The notes beneath the pieces were generated by a model. The model worked only from the letters and a program-made list of their open reading frames with translations, did not search any database and had not been told where the DNA came from. Positions 36,383 through 48,143 of a stretch of DNA of 64,000 nt are shown here, piece by piece. The stretch is from an uncultured delta proteobacterium (lineage in GTDB: Bacteria; Myxococcota; Myxococcia; Myxococcales; Myxococcaceae): the NCBI GenBank assembly GCA_963776345.1, contig CAVZMH010000003.1, positions 1 through 64,000 of the forward strand. The letters are read 5' to 3'. Every line of letters begins with the position of its first letter. Positions within the stretch are counted from its first letter, which is position 1. A program made the translations under genes and the position numbers.

Positions 36383-37216
36383 ATGACCTTCTCCAGCCTG
36401 CTCCTCGAGGTCGTCGTCTCCGCAGTGCCCGGACTCGGCTACGTGCAGGCCACCGACTGGTACGAACACGCGAGCAACCCGGCCCACTTCCAGCCGCTGC
36501 AGCTGGTGGATGGAAATCTGAGGACCGCCTGGTGCTCGTCCAGCGGCGATGCGCAGGCGGACACGCTGGGCTTCGGGCTCGGGGCGGTGGTGGTGGTGGA
36601 CGAGATCCGCGTCGCCACCGGCAACCAGGCGGACACCGCGACCTTCCACGCCTCGGCGCGGCCCCGGAAGTTCGTGCTCCGGACCGCCGGCCGGGCCAGC
36701 ACCTTCTCCGTCGCCGACACCGAGGGCATCCAGACGGTGAAGCTGGACGCACCCCTCCAGGGCCAGGCCTTCTCCCTGGAGGTGCTGGACGTCGAGCCGG
36801 CCGAGGACCCTGCGGCGCCCGCCTGCATCTCGGAGGTGCAGCTCGTCTCGCACGGGAAGCCCGTGCCGCCCCCGAAGAAGTCGCTCCTGAGCTGGAACCC
36901 CGAGCGGGCCCGGCTGCTCGGCGTCTGGTACGCCGGCGACGAGGGCAACCCCGACCAGAGCCTGGCCTTCTTCCTCGACGGCACCTGGCAGCACCGGGCG
37001 GTGGTCTACGACGAGCCCACCCGTCCGAGGACGCTCGGCGGGAAGTGGGGTCTGGACCGGAAGGGGTTGTGGATGAAGGCGCCCGGGTCGGGCAAGGGCC
37101 GCGTCACCCCGGAGCTGGAGACCAAGGCCGACGCGCGCGGGAAGGGACGCACCACGCTGCAGCTGAAGGGGGGCGTTCCCGCCGCCCTGCGGGTGACCTT
37201 CCGCGACAGGAGGTGA
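36383..37216 (+). CDS. Discoidin-like/glycan-binding domain protein
   Basis: LVDGNLRTAWC, IRVATGN, ARPRK, CISEVQL. Confidence 0.65.
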   Translation: MTFSSLLLEVVVSAVPGLGYVQATDWYEHASNPAHFQPLQLVDGNLRTAWCSSSGDAQADTLGFGLGAVVVVDEIRVATGNQADTATFHASARPRKFVLRTAGRASTFSVADTEGIQTVKLDAPLQGQAFSLEVLDVEPAEDPAAPACISEVQLVSHGKPVPPPKKSLLSWNPERARLLGVWYAGDEGNPDQSLAFFLDGTWQHRAVVYDEPTRPRTLGGKWGLDRKGLWMKAPGSGKGRVTPELETKADARGKGRTTLQLKGGVPAALRVTFRDRR

Positions 37217-37226
37217 GGGTCGCCGG

Positions 37227-37622
37227 CTACCGGCTGGCGGCGCTCTTCTTCTTCCGCGACGAGAAGCGCTGGAAGAAGTCGACGATCTCCTGCTGGGCCA
37301 CCTTGGCGTCGGGAGCGTCCTTGAACTCCGACTCGAGGAAGATGCCGCCGCAGGACTCGCAGGTGTCGTAGTGCAGGGGGTGCTGCCGATCACCGCCGTC
37401 CACCCGGACCAGGTCCACCTGGCACTCGGGACACTGGCCGGTGAGGGCCTCGGCGTCGACGCGCCCTCCGAGGCTCTCCAGGCCGGGGAGGTTGTTGTGG
37501 AGGAGGAGCCGGTTCAGGTCCGCGACGTCCAGCCACAGTCCGCCGCATTCTCCGCAGCGTCGCAACGTCGTCTCTTCGCCTTCCAACTCGGCCATCTCGA
37601 CGTTGCAGCCGGGGCAATCCAT
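37227..37622 (-). CDS. Double zf-TFIIB-type zinc-ribbon protein
   Basis: CPGC..M, CGECGGLWLD, CPEC, CESCGGIFLE. Confidence 0.8.
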   Translation of the reverse strand: MDCPGCNVEMAELEGEETTLRRCGECGGLWLDVADLNRLLLHNNLPGLESLGGRVDAEALTGQCPECQVDLVRVDGGDRQHPLHYDTCESCGGIFLESEFKDAPDAKVAQQEIVDFFQRFSSRKKKSAASR

Positions 37623-37746
37623 GAAGACGCGTCTTCTCCGTGCGGGGGGAGCAATGCTCCGTCGGACAGGTGCAACCCCTGAGTCTAAGGCCGGGAATTT
37701 TTATCCTGCAACCGGGAGGGACCTGCGCTGAACGGGTTTTCCGTCG

Positions 37747-38989
<1,243 letters not shown>

Positions 38990-39009
<20 letters not shown>

Positions 39010-39904
39010 GCTCGGTTCTCCTGGCTTCCGTGTCCGCCGGGCCGCGGGGGTGTGTCCCGAGGGCCAGCCGATCGTGTCGGGCGAGGTCGCGTTCGATGCG
39101 GACGGAGCCATATCCGGCCGCCTCGAGCAAGGACCGGACCGCCGATCCCTGTCGATCTCCGATCTCCAGGGCCAGGAGCCCGCCCGGCACGAGCCAGCGC
39201 GGGGCCCCGGCGATGATCCGCCGCACGACGTCCAGCCCGTCCTCCCCGCCGTCGAGCGCGAGGGCGGGCTCCCGGCGCACCTCGGCGGAGAGGGTGGGGA
39301 TCTCGCCCCGGGGGACGTACGGCGGGTTGGCGACGACGGCGTCGAAGGCTGGCTCGGCCTCGACCGGGACGAACAGGTCGCCCACCCGGACCTCGAACCG
39401 ATCGGCCGCCCCGAGCGCCGTGGCGTTGGCCAGGGCCACCTCGGCCGCCTCCGGCGAGATCTCGGTGGCCACGACCCGGGCCGCCGGCCGCTCGAGCAGG
39501 AGCGTGATGCCGACGCACCCGGTGCCGCTGCAGAGGTCGAGGAGCCGGAGCTCGCGGTCCCCGGGGAGCACCCGGAGGACGGCCTCCACCAGGAGCTCGG
39601 TCTCGGGGCGGGGGATGAGCACCCGCGGGTCGACCGCGAAGGGCCGCCCGTAGAACTCACGGGTCCCGGTCAGGTACTGCGTCGGCTCGCCCGCCGCGCG
39701 CCGGGCGATGAGCGCGCGGTAGGCGGCGAGCTCGGCGGCCTCCAGCGGCCGGTCGAGGTCGGTGTACAGCCGCACCCGCGAGGTCTGAAGGGTGTGCGCG
39801 AGCAGCAGCTCCGCCGTCAGCCGCGGAGAGTCGAGGCCGAGCTTCTCGAAGTGCTGGGACGTCCAGCCGAGGACCCGGCGCACCGTCCAGGGCGGCTCGC
39901 TCAT
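38990..39904 (-). CDS. prmC: Release factor glutamine methyltransferase
   Basis: [31 protein letters not shown]; downstream of prfA. Confidence 0.95.
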
Positions 39905-40986
39905 GCCTGGGGCTGAGGGCGCGCCGACTCGGCCTTGAGCTGCTCGGCCTGGAAGTAGGTCCGGCAGGCGACGACGATGTCCTCGATGTCCCCGCCCATC
40001 CGCGCCGGGAGGTTGTGCCAGGTCATGCCGATGCGGTGGTCGGTCAGCCGGTCCTGAGGAAAGTTGTAGGTGCGGATCTTCTCGCTCCGGTCGCCGGTGC
40101 CCACCTGGCCGCGGCGGAGCGATTCGCGCTCGGTGGTGATGCGCTCCTGCTCCAGCTCGTAGAGCTTCGCCCGGAGCATCCGCATGGCCATGGTGCGGTT
40201 CTTGGTCTGGCTCTTCTCCTGCTGGCACTTCACCACGATGCCGCTGGGCTTGTGCTTCAGCCGGACCGCCGAGTCGGTGGTGTTCACGCTCTGGCCCCCC
40301 GCGCCCGTGGAGCGCATCACCTCCATCTCGATGTCGGCGGGGTTCAGCTGGACGTCGACCTCCTCGGCCTCGGGCATCACCGCCACGGTGATGGTGGAGG
40401 TGTGGATCCGCCCCTGCGCCTCGGTGGCGGGCACCCGCTGCACCCGGTGGACCCCGGACTCGTACTTCATGGAGGAGTAGACCGCGTCGCCGGAGAGGGT
40501 GACGGTGGCGTCCTTGATGCCGCCCGCGTTGCCCGGGCTCATGTCGACCAGCTCCGCCTTCCAGCCCTTCCGGTCCGCGTAGCGGAGGTACATCTGGAGG
40601 ACCTCGGAGGCGAAGAGCCCCGCCTCGTCACCGCCCGCCCCGGCGCGGATCTCGAGCAGGACGTTCTTCTCGTCGTTGGGGTCCTTGGGGACGAGGAGGA
40701 CCTTGAGCTCGGCCTCGAGCGCGTCGCGGCGCTCCTTGAGCGCCGGGAGCTCCTCCTTGCCCAGGGCCCGCTCGTCCGGGTCGGCGCTCTCCAGCATCCG
40801 CTCGGCCTCGGCGAGGTCCGCCCGCACCGCCTTGAACGCGCGGTACACCGAGACCAGGCGCTCCAGCGAGGAGCGCTCCTTCATCACCTTGGTCAGGCGC
40901 GCGCTGTCCCCCAGCGTCTCGGGGTTCGCGAGGTCCGCCTCGAGCCGGTCGTAGCGCCGCTCGACTTCGTCCAGCTTGTCGATCAT
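39901..40986 (-). CDS. prfA: Peptide chain release factor 1
   Basis: [21 protein letters not shown] (PAT), GGQ, RTYNFPQ. Confidence 0.97.
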   Translation of the reverse strand: MIDKLDEVERRYDRLEADLANPETLGDSARLTKVMKERSSLERLVSVYRAFKAVRADLAEAERMLESADPDERALGKEELPALKERRDALEAELKVLLVPKDPNDEKNVLLEIRAGAGGDEAGLFASEVLQMYLRYADRKGWKAELVDMSPGNAGGIKDATVTLSGDAVYSSMKYESGVHRVQRVPATEAQGRIHTSTITVAVMPEAEEVDVQLNPADIEMEVMRSTGAGGQSVNTTDSAVRLKHKPSGIVVKCQQEKSQTKNRTMAMRMLRAKLYELEQERITTERESLRRGQVGTGDRSEKIRTYNFPQDRLTDHRIGMTWHNLPARMGGDIEDIVVACRTYFQAEQLKAESARPQPQA

Positions 40987-41406
40987 CTGCCGGGGGAGCC
41001 TCTACCTCGCCCGGGCGGCCCTGCGCCACCCAGGGGCCACCCCTCGGGCCCGTCCCCCGGGGCGGCGACCACCGTCCGTGCCTCGACGTCTCGGCAGACC
41101 GGGGCGCCCCCCTGGAGCAGCGCCCTCGAGAGGGCCCCGGAGTCGGCGGCCGCACGAGCTCCCCGGCGGGCCTGGCCAGGTCCCGGCAGACATGGCGGAT
41201 GGCTCCAGCCGGACGTGCCGGTGCGATTTGCATCCGAGAATGCGAATCGGCAACCGCTGCGCAGCGCCGGAACTCGCCAGGTATCGGCGCGCGGGCATTG
41301 CGTGCACATCGCTTCACGACTCCTGATTCGCCAGTCAAGGATTCCGCGATGAAGGTGGCGCGGTCCTTGCTCCAAGTCTGGTTATCCCACCACAGGAGGT
41401 CCCGAG

Positions 41407-43236
41407 ATGCGCCTGCACCTCCCCCGAGTTCCCCGCCTGCTGGTCCTCATCCCCGTCGCCGCCGCCCTGACCGCGTGCGGGCCCGCGGGACCTGCTCCCT
41501 CGACGCGCTCCGAGCCGGGCGCCACTGCCCTCGCCACCGCGTCGCCCGACGTGCTCACCCCGGTGCCGGTCCCGACGCCGGAGGGCCCGGCCTACGCCAG
41601 CGGCTTCATCCGGGACGTCGCCGTGGTCTACGAGAACGGAGACGAGCACGCCGAGAACGTGGAGCTCCACCTGCTTCCGTCGAAGCAGATGCTGCTCGCC
41701 TTCCGCGCCGGCGGCACGGGACAGGCCGAGACTGGAACGGCGAAGATCCGGATCTTCCGGTTCGACCCGCTGACCTACGCCGGGACGCTGGCCAGCGACG
41801 TGGCCCCGGCGCCGAGCGACCCGGTGCGGGGAATCCGCGACCCCAAGCTCTTCGAGTGGAACGGCGAGCTCCGGCTCGGAGCCATCTCCCGCCTCTCCGG
41901 ATTTCCCATCCGCGACCTGCTCGCCGACACCCGGACCGTCCTCGCGACCTCGCACGACGAGGGCAGCACCTTCGACGTCCCGGCCCCGGTGGAGCTGAAG
42001 AACACCAGCACGCCGTTCGGGTTCTGGCGCTACGTGGTCCGGCACTCCTTCTTCGGCGGCCACGCGCTCTACGCCACCGGCTACGACGACGGCGACCAGG
42101 AGGCGGCGTACTTCGGGTCGTTCGACGGGGGGAAGACCTTCGTCAAGCTGGGCAGCATCCTGAACGCTCCGGCGCAGGTGCCCAGCGAGGCCGAGCTGAA
42201 CTTCCTCGGCGAGCACGGCGAGGTGGCGGTGTCGCTGGTGCGCCTGGACAACCAGGGGATGCTCGAGGACGGCCAGACCGCGGTCTGCGTCAAGCACGGC
42301 TCGTGGTTCGGCTTCTTCGGGGATTTCGACTGCGGCCGGCGCCTGGAGCAGCGTCTCGATGGTCCGTCGCGGGTCTTCGAGGTGGACGGGCGGACCTTCG
42401 TCGTCGCCCGGAAGCACCTGGCCTGCACCCGGAAGCGGACGGCGATCTACGAGATCCGGGGTGACCTGGCCGACCCGCACAGCCAGATCCGGCTGTTCGA
42501 GGTGGCCGAGCTGCCCTCGAACGGGGACACGTCCTATGCCTCGGTGGCGCCCATCCCCGGGAAGCACGGGCAGTTCGTGGTGGCCTGGTACTCGACGCCG
42601 CTGGGCGTCGACATCCCCTGGCTCCCTGCGCAGTTCGCGCCGAGCTCGATCCTCGCCGCCACGCTCGACTTCCGGAAGTACGACCCGAGCATCGCGGTCA
42701 AGGTCGGACCGGACGCGCGGTGCCCCTCCCAGCCGCTGCCCAAGGCCGCCCGGGCAGACGTCCAGGGGCCGTTCCTCCTGAGCGTCGGCCCGACCTTCTT
42801 CCCCGAGCTGCCGGCGGTGTTCCTCGCGCAGGCGACCACCGATGGGCCGAAGCTCACGCTCGCGCTCCAGGCGGTGGACCAGAACGCGCTGCTCGGGACC
42901 GGGGAGCTGGTTCCGGTGGGCGACCCGTTCGTCGGGACGGGCACGGTCAACGGGAAGGGACGGTTCAGCATCGACTTCGGGGACCCCACCATCCCCTTCG
43001 CGGCGTACCCGCTGGGCACGTCCGGGGACGGAGGGGCCGGCATCACCTTCCTCCTCCGCGGCTTCCGGCTGGACGGGGTGACGACCTCGGGCGACGCCTT
43101 CTGCGGCAACGTCTCGGGGGACGTGGTCGTGCAGGGGGAGGGGATCATCCCGCCCAACACCCGGCTGCTGTTCGAGGGGTCGACGTTCGGCGCGTCACGG
43201 GACCAGGTCGTGACCGCGTGCGCGGCCGGGCCCTGA
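41407..43236 (+). CDS. Lipoprotein with sialidase-like Asp-box (BNR) propeller and a C-terminal beta domain
   Basis: AGGAGG RBS; LTAC lipobox; SHDEGSTF and SFDGGKTF Asp-boxes; IRDPKL; GDTSYAS. Confidence 0.7.
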   Translation: MRLHLPRVPRLLVLIPVAAALTACGPAGPAPSTRSEPGATALATASPDVLTPVPVPTPEGPAYASGFIRDVAVVYENGDEHAENVELHLLPSKQMLLAFRAGGTGQAETGTAKIRIFRFDPLTYAGTLASDVAPAPSDPVRGIRDPKLFEWNGELRLGAISRLSGFPIRDLLADTRTVLATSHDEGSTFDVPAPVELKNTSTPFGFWRYVVRHSFFGGHALYATGYDDGDQEAAYFGSFDGGKTFVKLGSILNAPAQVPSEAELNFLGEHGEVAVSLVRLDNQGMLEDGQTAVCVKHGSWFGFFGDFDCGRRLEQRLDGPSRVFEVDGRTFVVARKHLACTRKRTAIYEIRGDLADPHSQIRLFEVAELPSNGDTSYASVAPIPGKHGQFVVAWYSTPLGVDIPWLPAQFAPSSILAATLDFRKYDPSIAVKVGPDARCPSQPLPKAARADVQGPFLLSVGPTFFPELPAVFLAQATTDGPKLTLALQAVDQNALLGTGELVPVGDPFVGTGTVNGKGRFSIDFGDPTIPFAAYPLGTSGDGGAGITFLLRGFRLDGVTTSGDAFCGNVSGDVVVQGEGIIPPNTRLLFEGSTFGASRDQVVTACAAGP

Positions 43237-43344
43237 GCCCGGAAGCGGTCTGGCGGCGACTCACGTTGATTCAGTGAGCCGCCAGGGACGCGCCTCGGTG
43301 CTCCGAGGTGCGTCAGGGCCTCGAGCGGGAAGGGGGGTTCGAAC

Positions 43345-43790
43345 ATGCGCTCAGCAGTTGCCCTGCTGCTCGTGGCGTCGGGGGTGTCCAACTCCGGGTG
43401 CTCCTTCATCTTCACCGAAAGGGGCCGCAGCCGGAGGTGCAACCGCCGCCGCCGTGCACGACGTCGAACGCGGCCCCCACCGCTGACGCGATCATCGGGG
43501 GGCTGGGGGCGGTCGGCCTGGTCGCCGGGCTGGCCGTGGGAGCGAGCTACGCCGGCGAGAACTGCTCCGGATTTGGATGCATCGGGACGGGGGTGGGCGC
43601 CGGCGCCGGATTCGGCGCGGCCATCGTCGGCGGTATCGCCGCCGCCGTCTTCATCCCGTCGGCGGTGGTTGGCTACAACCGAACCGCCGCTCTGTCGAGC
43701 CTCGCAAGAGCCGAAGTCTCAAGAAGCGGAGGCACCAGCCCTGCCCGAGTCGTCGCTGCTCCTGGTGCCCCGCGCGCGGGCTGCCCCTCA
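43345..43790 (+). pseudogene. Frameshifted lipoprotein/membrane protein (end approximate)
   Basis: NSGCSFIF signal continues in the shifted frame as KGPQP...CTTSNAAPTAD...GAAIVGG...SAVVGYNRT. Confidence 0.45.
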
Positions 43791-43829
43791 CGGGCCTCAC
43801 CGCGTGGCAGCTTCGTCGGCTCGTGCTCG

Positions 43830-44800
43830 ATGAGCCCACGACGTGCGCGAACGGAACTCCGGCCGAGCTCTGGGTCTGGCCCGGGTCCGAGGACCTCCTC
43901 ATCGTCCTGGAGGGAGGGTGGCCCTGTTCGGACTACGACAGCTGCTGCAGGCTGTCCGGCTCTCCGGCGTGCCCCGGCCGCCCTGCGCCGATGGAAGCGC
44001 GGTGCCGTGTCTGGCCAGCACCGCTGGGAACGTGAACCCGGGGGAACTTCCCGGCATCTTCGCCTCCTGGGACAGCAGTGACTTCAGCGGGAACCGCTGC
44101 GACCGCGTCGACCCGAACAACGTGCGTTTGGTCTTCACCGTCGTCTACTTCCGACACGTTCGAACACCAAGGACGGAAACTGCGTCAGCATCGACCGCTT
44201 CAAGTGGGCCGAGGACCACCACCACGGAGCCACGAATGTTCTTCGTGGGCTGGGTCACCGCGATTCCAGCTCCGAGGCGTCCGGTGGTGAGCGGATCTGC
44301 TCGGCGCGAGCACGCCCAACGGCAGTCTTCATGTACGACGACGGGACGAATCGGAGACGAGGTGGCCGGCGACCAGGTGGCTTCACCTGATCGATGACTC
44401 CGGCCCGGCCCTCGCCGGCGTCCCCGTCCACCGGCGGCTGTTCCGTCAGTCGGATGTCCTGGAGCCGCTGGCGTCCAGGCCGTGCTCGGCGACATCTGTC
44501 CGGAGTGCGAGCGTGACTTCTCGGCGATCAACTCCGCGCTCGAGCGCTGGTATCCGAACGATCGCAAGTCGCTCCTGAGCCACCTCTTCGACCCCAGGAT
44601 CGAGTGGGCGTACGGCCTGATACCGGTGTGGTGGAAGCGATGCGGGTCGATGCCGTGTACCGTCGGCACTCGCGAGGTCTTCGGGCACGAGGCGACGGGA
44701 AGTGGACGTCGCCAATGCGGCTCAACGCTCATGGGCCCACGACACCGACGACCATCTCCTGGCCACCGATGCCGGCTGGGCGGCTGTGCGGCGGTCCGGA
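43830..44800 (+). pseudogene. Pectinacetylesterase-family hydrolase remnants (interrupted)
   Basis: CANGTP...PGSEDLLIVLEGGWPCSDYDSC, DRVDPNN, and later ICPECERDFSAI...YPNDRKSLLS. Confidence 0.45.
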
Positions 44801-44949
44801 GCCGCGCGAGAACACCTCCGCAGCTCCAAGCTCTCCTGTGGCGCAGCGTGCAACGCTTCTCCAGCGCCGAAGGTTGCGCGAGCCGCTCAAGGTGCCCGGT
44901 GACTCCTCCTCCGCCTCCCTAGGCTGAGGGTGCTAAGAGGCACACCCCC

Positions 44950-45066
44950 ATGGCCACCAAGATCGGAAACCGCAGCAAGCGAAAGCTGAAGAACCGGGCG
45001 AAGGTGAAGCGCCGAGGGCTGAAGCGCGGCCGCGTGCGCCGGCAGAAGGCCGCCGGGCGTCGGTAG
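44950..45066 (+). CDS. 38-aa Lys/Arg-rich small protein
   Basis: AAGAGG RBS; MATKIGNRSKRKLKNRAKVKRRGLKRGRVRRQKAAGRR; AAG-rich codon use. Confidence 0.7.
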   Translation: MATKIGNRSKRKLKNRAKVKRRGLKRGRVRRQKAAGRR

Positions 45067-45134
45067 CGCGCCGCCCGCCCCGCGGCGGTCGACTGTGCTG
45101 GCGCGCGAGGCATTGCCCCGGCTAGCGACCCGTC

Positions 45135-46040
45135 ATGGACACGCGCGCCATCTTCGATTTCGTCGTCACCTTCACCAACGGCGGGAGTCTCCGGGGCGAG
45201 GACTTCCGCCTGGATCTGCCGCGGCCGGACGCCACCGAGCAGGAGATCGCAGCCCTGCTGGTCGCCCACCTCGGCCTCCTGATGGTGGGCGGGGTGGAGC
45301 TGCGGAACCTGCGCCGGGTCGAGGAGCCGCACCGAGGCTCGCGCGGCGTTCCTCGCGCGCCGGTCGCCGGCCGCCGGCTGGTCGACCTGAGCCACCCCAT
45401 CCACCACGGGCTGGTCACGTACCCGGGTCTGCCGGCCCCGGAGATCTCCGACCACCTCTCGCGCGAGGCCTCGGCCGGGAAGTACGCCCCGGGCGTCACC
45501 TTCCAGATCGGCCGCATCAGCCTGGTCGCGAACACCGGCACGTACCTGGACAGCCCCTGGCACCGGTACGCCGACGGCGTGGACCTGGCGGGTCTCCCGC
45601 TCGGCGCGCTGGTCGACCTCGACGGCGTGCTGCTCCGGGCCACCGGGACGGGCCGCCGCGCCATCGACGTGCTCGACCTCGCGCCGCTCGACGTGCGCGG
45701 GAAGGCCGTGCTGCTCCACACCGGCTGGGACGTGCACTTCGGCACCGAGCGGTACGGCAAGGAGGCGCCGTTCCTCACCGACGCCGGCGCGGCCTGGCTG
45801 GTGGAGAACGGAGCGGCCCTGGTCGGCATCGACTCCATCAACATCGACGACATGGCGGACGGAGCCCGTCCCGCCCACTCGCGACTCCTCGCCGCCGGCA
45901 TTCCCATCGTCGAGCACCTCCGAGGCCTCGAGCAGCTCCCGGCCCGCGGCTTTCGCTTCTCGGCGGCACCTCCGCGCATCCAGGGCCTCGGGACGTTCCC
46001 CGTCCGTGCCTATGCGGTGGTGGAGAGCCGGCGTCCCTAG
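45135..46040 (+). CDS. Cyclase (kynurenine formamidase-like) family protein with N-terminal extension
   Basis: VDLSHPI, NTGTYLDSPWH, LVGIDSINID, HSRLL...IVEHL, FPVRAYA. Confidence 0.85.
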   Translation: MDTRAIFDFVVTFTNGGSLRGEDFRLDLPRPDATEQEIAALLVAHLGLLMVGGVELRNLRRVEEPHRGSRGVPRAPVAGRRLVDLSHPIHHGLVTYPGLPAPEISDHLSREASAGKYAPGVTFQIGRISLVANTGTYLDSPWHRYADGVDLAGLPLGALVDLDGVLLRATGTGRRAIDVLDLAPLDVRGKAVLLHTGWDVHFGTERYGKEAPFLTDAGAAWLVENGAALVGIDSINIDDMADGARPAHSRLLAAGIPIVEHLRGLEQLPARGFRFSAAPPRIQGLGTFPVRAYAVVESRRP

Positions 46041-47253
46041 AGGCCGGATGGAGCAGCCGCCGACACCGGGGCGGCGGGCGTCGCCGGCGCGAGCTCGGGC
46101 AGCGACGTGGCGAACGTCGAGGACGCGTTCCGGAGCCGCTGCAGCACCGCCTGCGCCTCGGCGCCGGTGAGCGGGTAGGGCTGGACGGGTCGGTCGGGGA
46201 AGCGATCGATCTTCAGGGGGAACAGCTCCGCGCCCAGGTACCCGCTCCGGTCGAAGCGGGCCTTCACCAGCACCGAGTCCTTGTCCCGCGGGTTCCAGTT
46301 GCCGCCGAAGACGAAGTTCCCGAGCGAGTAGAAGACCGGCGCCTGGCCCATCCGCTCCATCCCGTGCAGCACGTGCGGGTGCGCGCCGAGCACCGCCGCC
46401 GCGCCGGACTCGACCGCCGCCTTCGCCAGCGCCAGCTGGTACGCGTCCGGTCCCTTGCTGCCCTCGCGGCCCCAGTGGAAGAAGGGGATGACCAGAATCC
46501 GCCTCCTTCCTCGCCGCCGCCACGTCCTCGCGCACCATCTTCTCCACCACCGTCCAGTCGCTCGGGTGCCCGGCGACGCCGGCGGTGGTCTCGGTCGCCC
46601 AGATCACGGCGGGCTCGGGGTGCGCCGCGCCGAGGATGAGGTAGCCGAGGAAGGCGATCTTGAGCCCGCCCACCTCGACGATGGCCGGCTTCCGCGCCTC
46701 GGCCAGCGTGCGGCCGGCGCCGAAGTGCGCGATGCCCGCCGCGTCGAGCGTGGCGATGGTGTCCACGACGCCGTCCGGCCCGTAGTCCATGAGGTGGTTG
46801 TTGGCGAGCGTGACGGCCCGGATGCCCGCGTCGACCAGGACGGACACGCTCGACGGCCGTGCGCGGAAGTTGAAGTTCTTGGGAATCGGTGCGCCACGCG
46901 CGGTGAACGGGCACTCGAGGTTGACCACCACCAGGTCCGCCCCGGCGAAGAGCGGCTTCACCTCCGAGAAGCCCCAGCCGTCCACCGCCGGGCCGCTCTG
47001 TCCCTTGGCGCGGAGCCCGTCCACCCACTCCTCGTAGTGCGCGCCGAGGGTGACGTCTCCGCCCGCGACGAGCGTGACGGGCCCGGGCGGTGGCGCTTCG
47101 GCCGGCGCCGGGGCTGGCGCGGCGGTCAGCGGTGGCTCCTGGCGAGTCTCGATCTCCGGGCGGACGGTGGCCCGCGGGGCGCACGCGGCGACGAGGCCCA
47201 GCGTGCAGACGAGGGCGAGAGTGTGTAAGATCGTGGCGGCGTACGGGTTTCAC
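46037..47253 (-). CDS. CapA-family metallophosphatase lipoprotein; frameshifts near 47248 and 46497
   Basis: LVAAC lipobox, GDVTLG, VNLECP, LANNHLMDYG, FHWGRE, GAHPHV, YSLGNFVF. Confidence 0.85.
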
Positions 47254-47317
47254 GTCGGCTCCGGAGTGTAGCTTGCAGAGCCGGTTTTCCGCTGAATACA
47301 GTGGCCCGGCACCCCCC

Positions 47318-48133
47318 ATGGCCCGCGAGAAGGACAACATCGCGCTCTCCGACGAGCACAACTCCCGCGGCATCGAGCTCGCCGATCGCGGCTGGCTCGA
47401 CGAGGCCATCCGCGAGTTCCGGAAGGCCATCGACCTCGACCCGGACTCGGCCCACGCCCACGACAACCTGGCGACCGTCTACGCGGAGAAGAAGCTCTAC
47501 CGCGAGGCGCTCGCCGAGTACCTCACCGCGCTCAAGCTGGAGCCGGACAGCGCCACCGCGCACTACAACCTCGCCTGCTTCCTCTCCACGCACGGCCCCG
47601 AGTTCGCGGTCGCCGCCTACAAGCAGGCGATCGAGCTCGACCCGGAGTACCCGGACGCCCACCTGAACCTCGGCCTCACCTACGCCGACCACGGACGGGT
47701 GGAGGAGGCCATCGCCGAGCTGCAGACCGCCATCGAGCTCGACGCGGCCGACGCCTTCCCCCGCCACGAGCTGGCCGCGCTGCTCATGGACGAGGGCGAC
47801 TACCGCGGCGCCATCGCCCAGCTGAAGGAGGTCGTCCGCCTCGAGCCGGAGGACTTCGAGGCCCATCTGGACCTCGGCATCTGCTACGCGCAGAAAGGCT
47901 TCTACGCCGAGGCCGAGCGGGCCTACGGAAAGGCGCAGGCGCTGAACCCGGACGACCTGCTCCTCCACTACAACCTCGCCGCGCTGCACGCGCTCTGGGG
48001 CAAGAAGCCCGAGGCGCTGGAGTGGCTGAAGAAGGCCCTCGAGGCCGACCGGCAGAAGGTCTCGGGCTGGCTCGCCACCGACCCGATGTTCGACGGGCTG
48101 AAGGGCGATCCGGAGTACGAGAGCCTGCTGTGA
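47318..48133 (+). CDS. Tetratricopeptide repeat protein
   Basis: Multiple TPRs (AHDNLA, AHYNLA, AHLNLG). Confidence 0.9.
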   Translation: MAREKDNIALSDEHNSRGIELADRGWLDEAIREFRKAIDLDPDSAHAHDNLATVYAEKKLYREALAEYLTALKLEPDSATAHYNLACFLSTHGPEFAVAAYKQAIELDPEYPDAHLNLGLTYADHGRVEEAIAELQTAIELDAADAFPRHELAALLMDEGDYRGAIAQLKEVVRLEPEDFEAHLDLGICYAQKGFYAEAERAYGKAQALNPDDLLLHYNLAALHALWGKKPEALEWLKKALEADRQKVSGWLATDPMFDGLKGDPEYESLL

Positions 48134-48143
48134 GGCCCGCTCC

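Noticed and set aside
39901..40986. Link between RF1 (reads UAG) and the amber mtbB
   Set aside because: prfA looks ordinary and is probably from a different organism than the Pyl locus.
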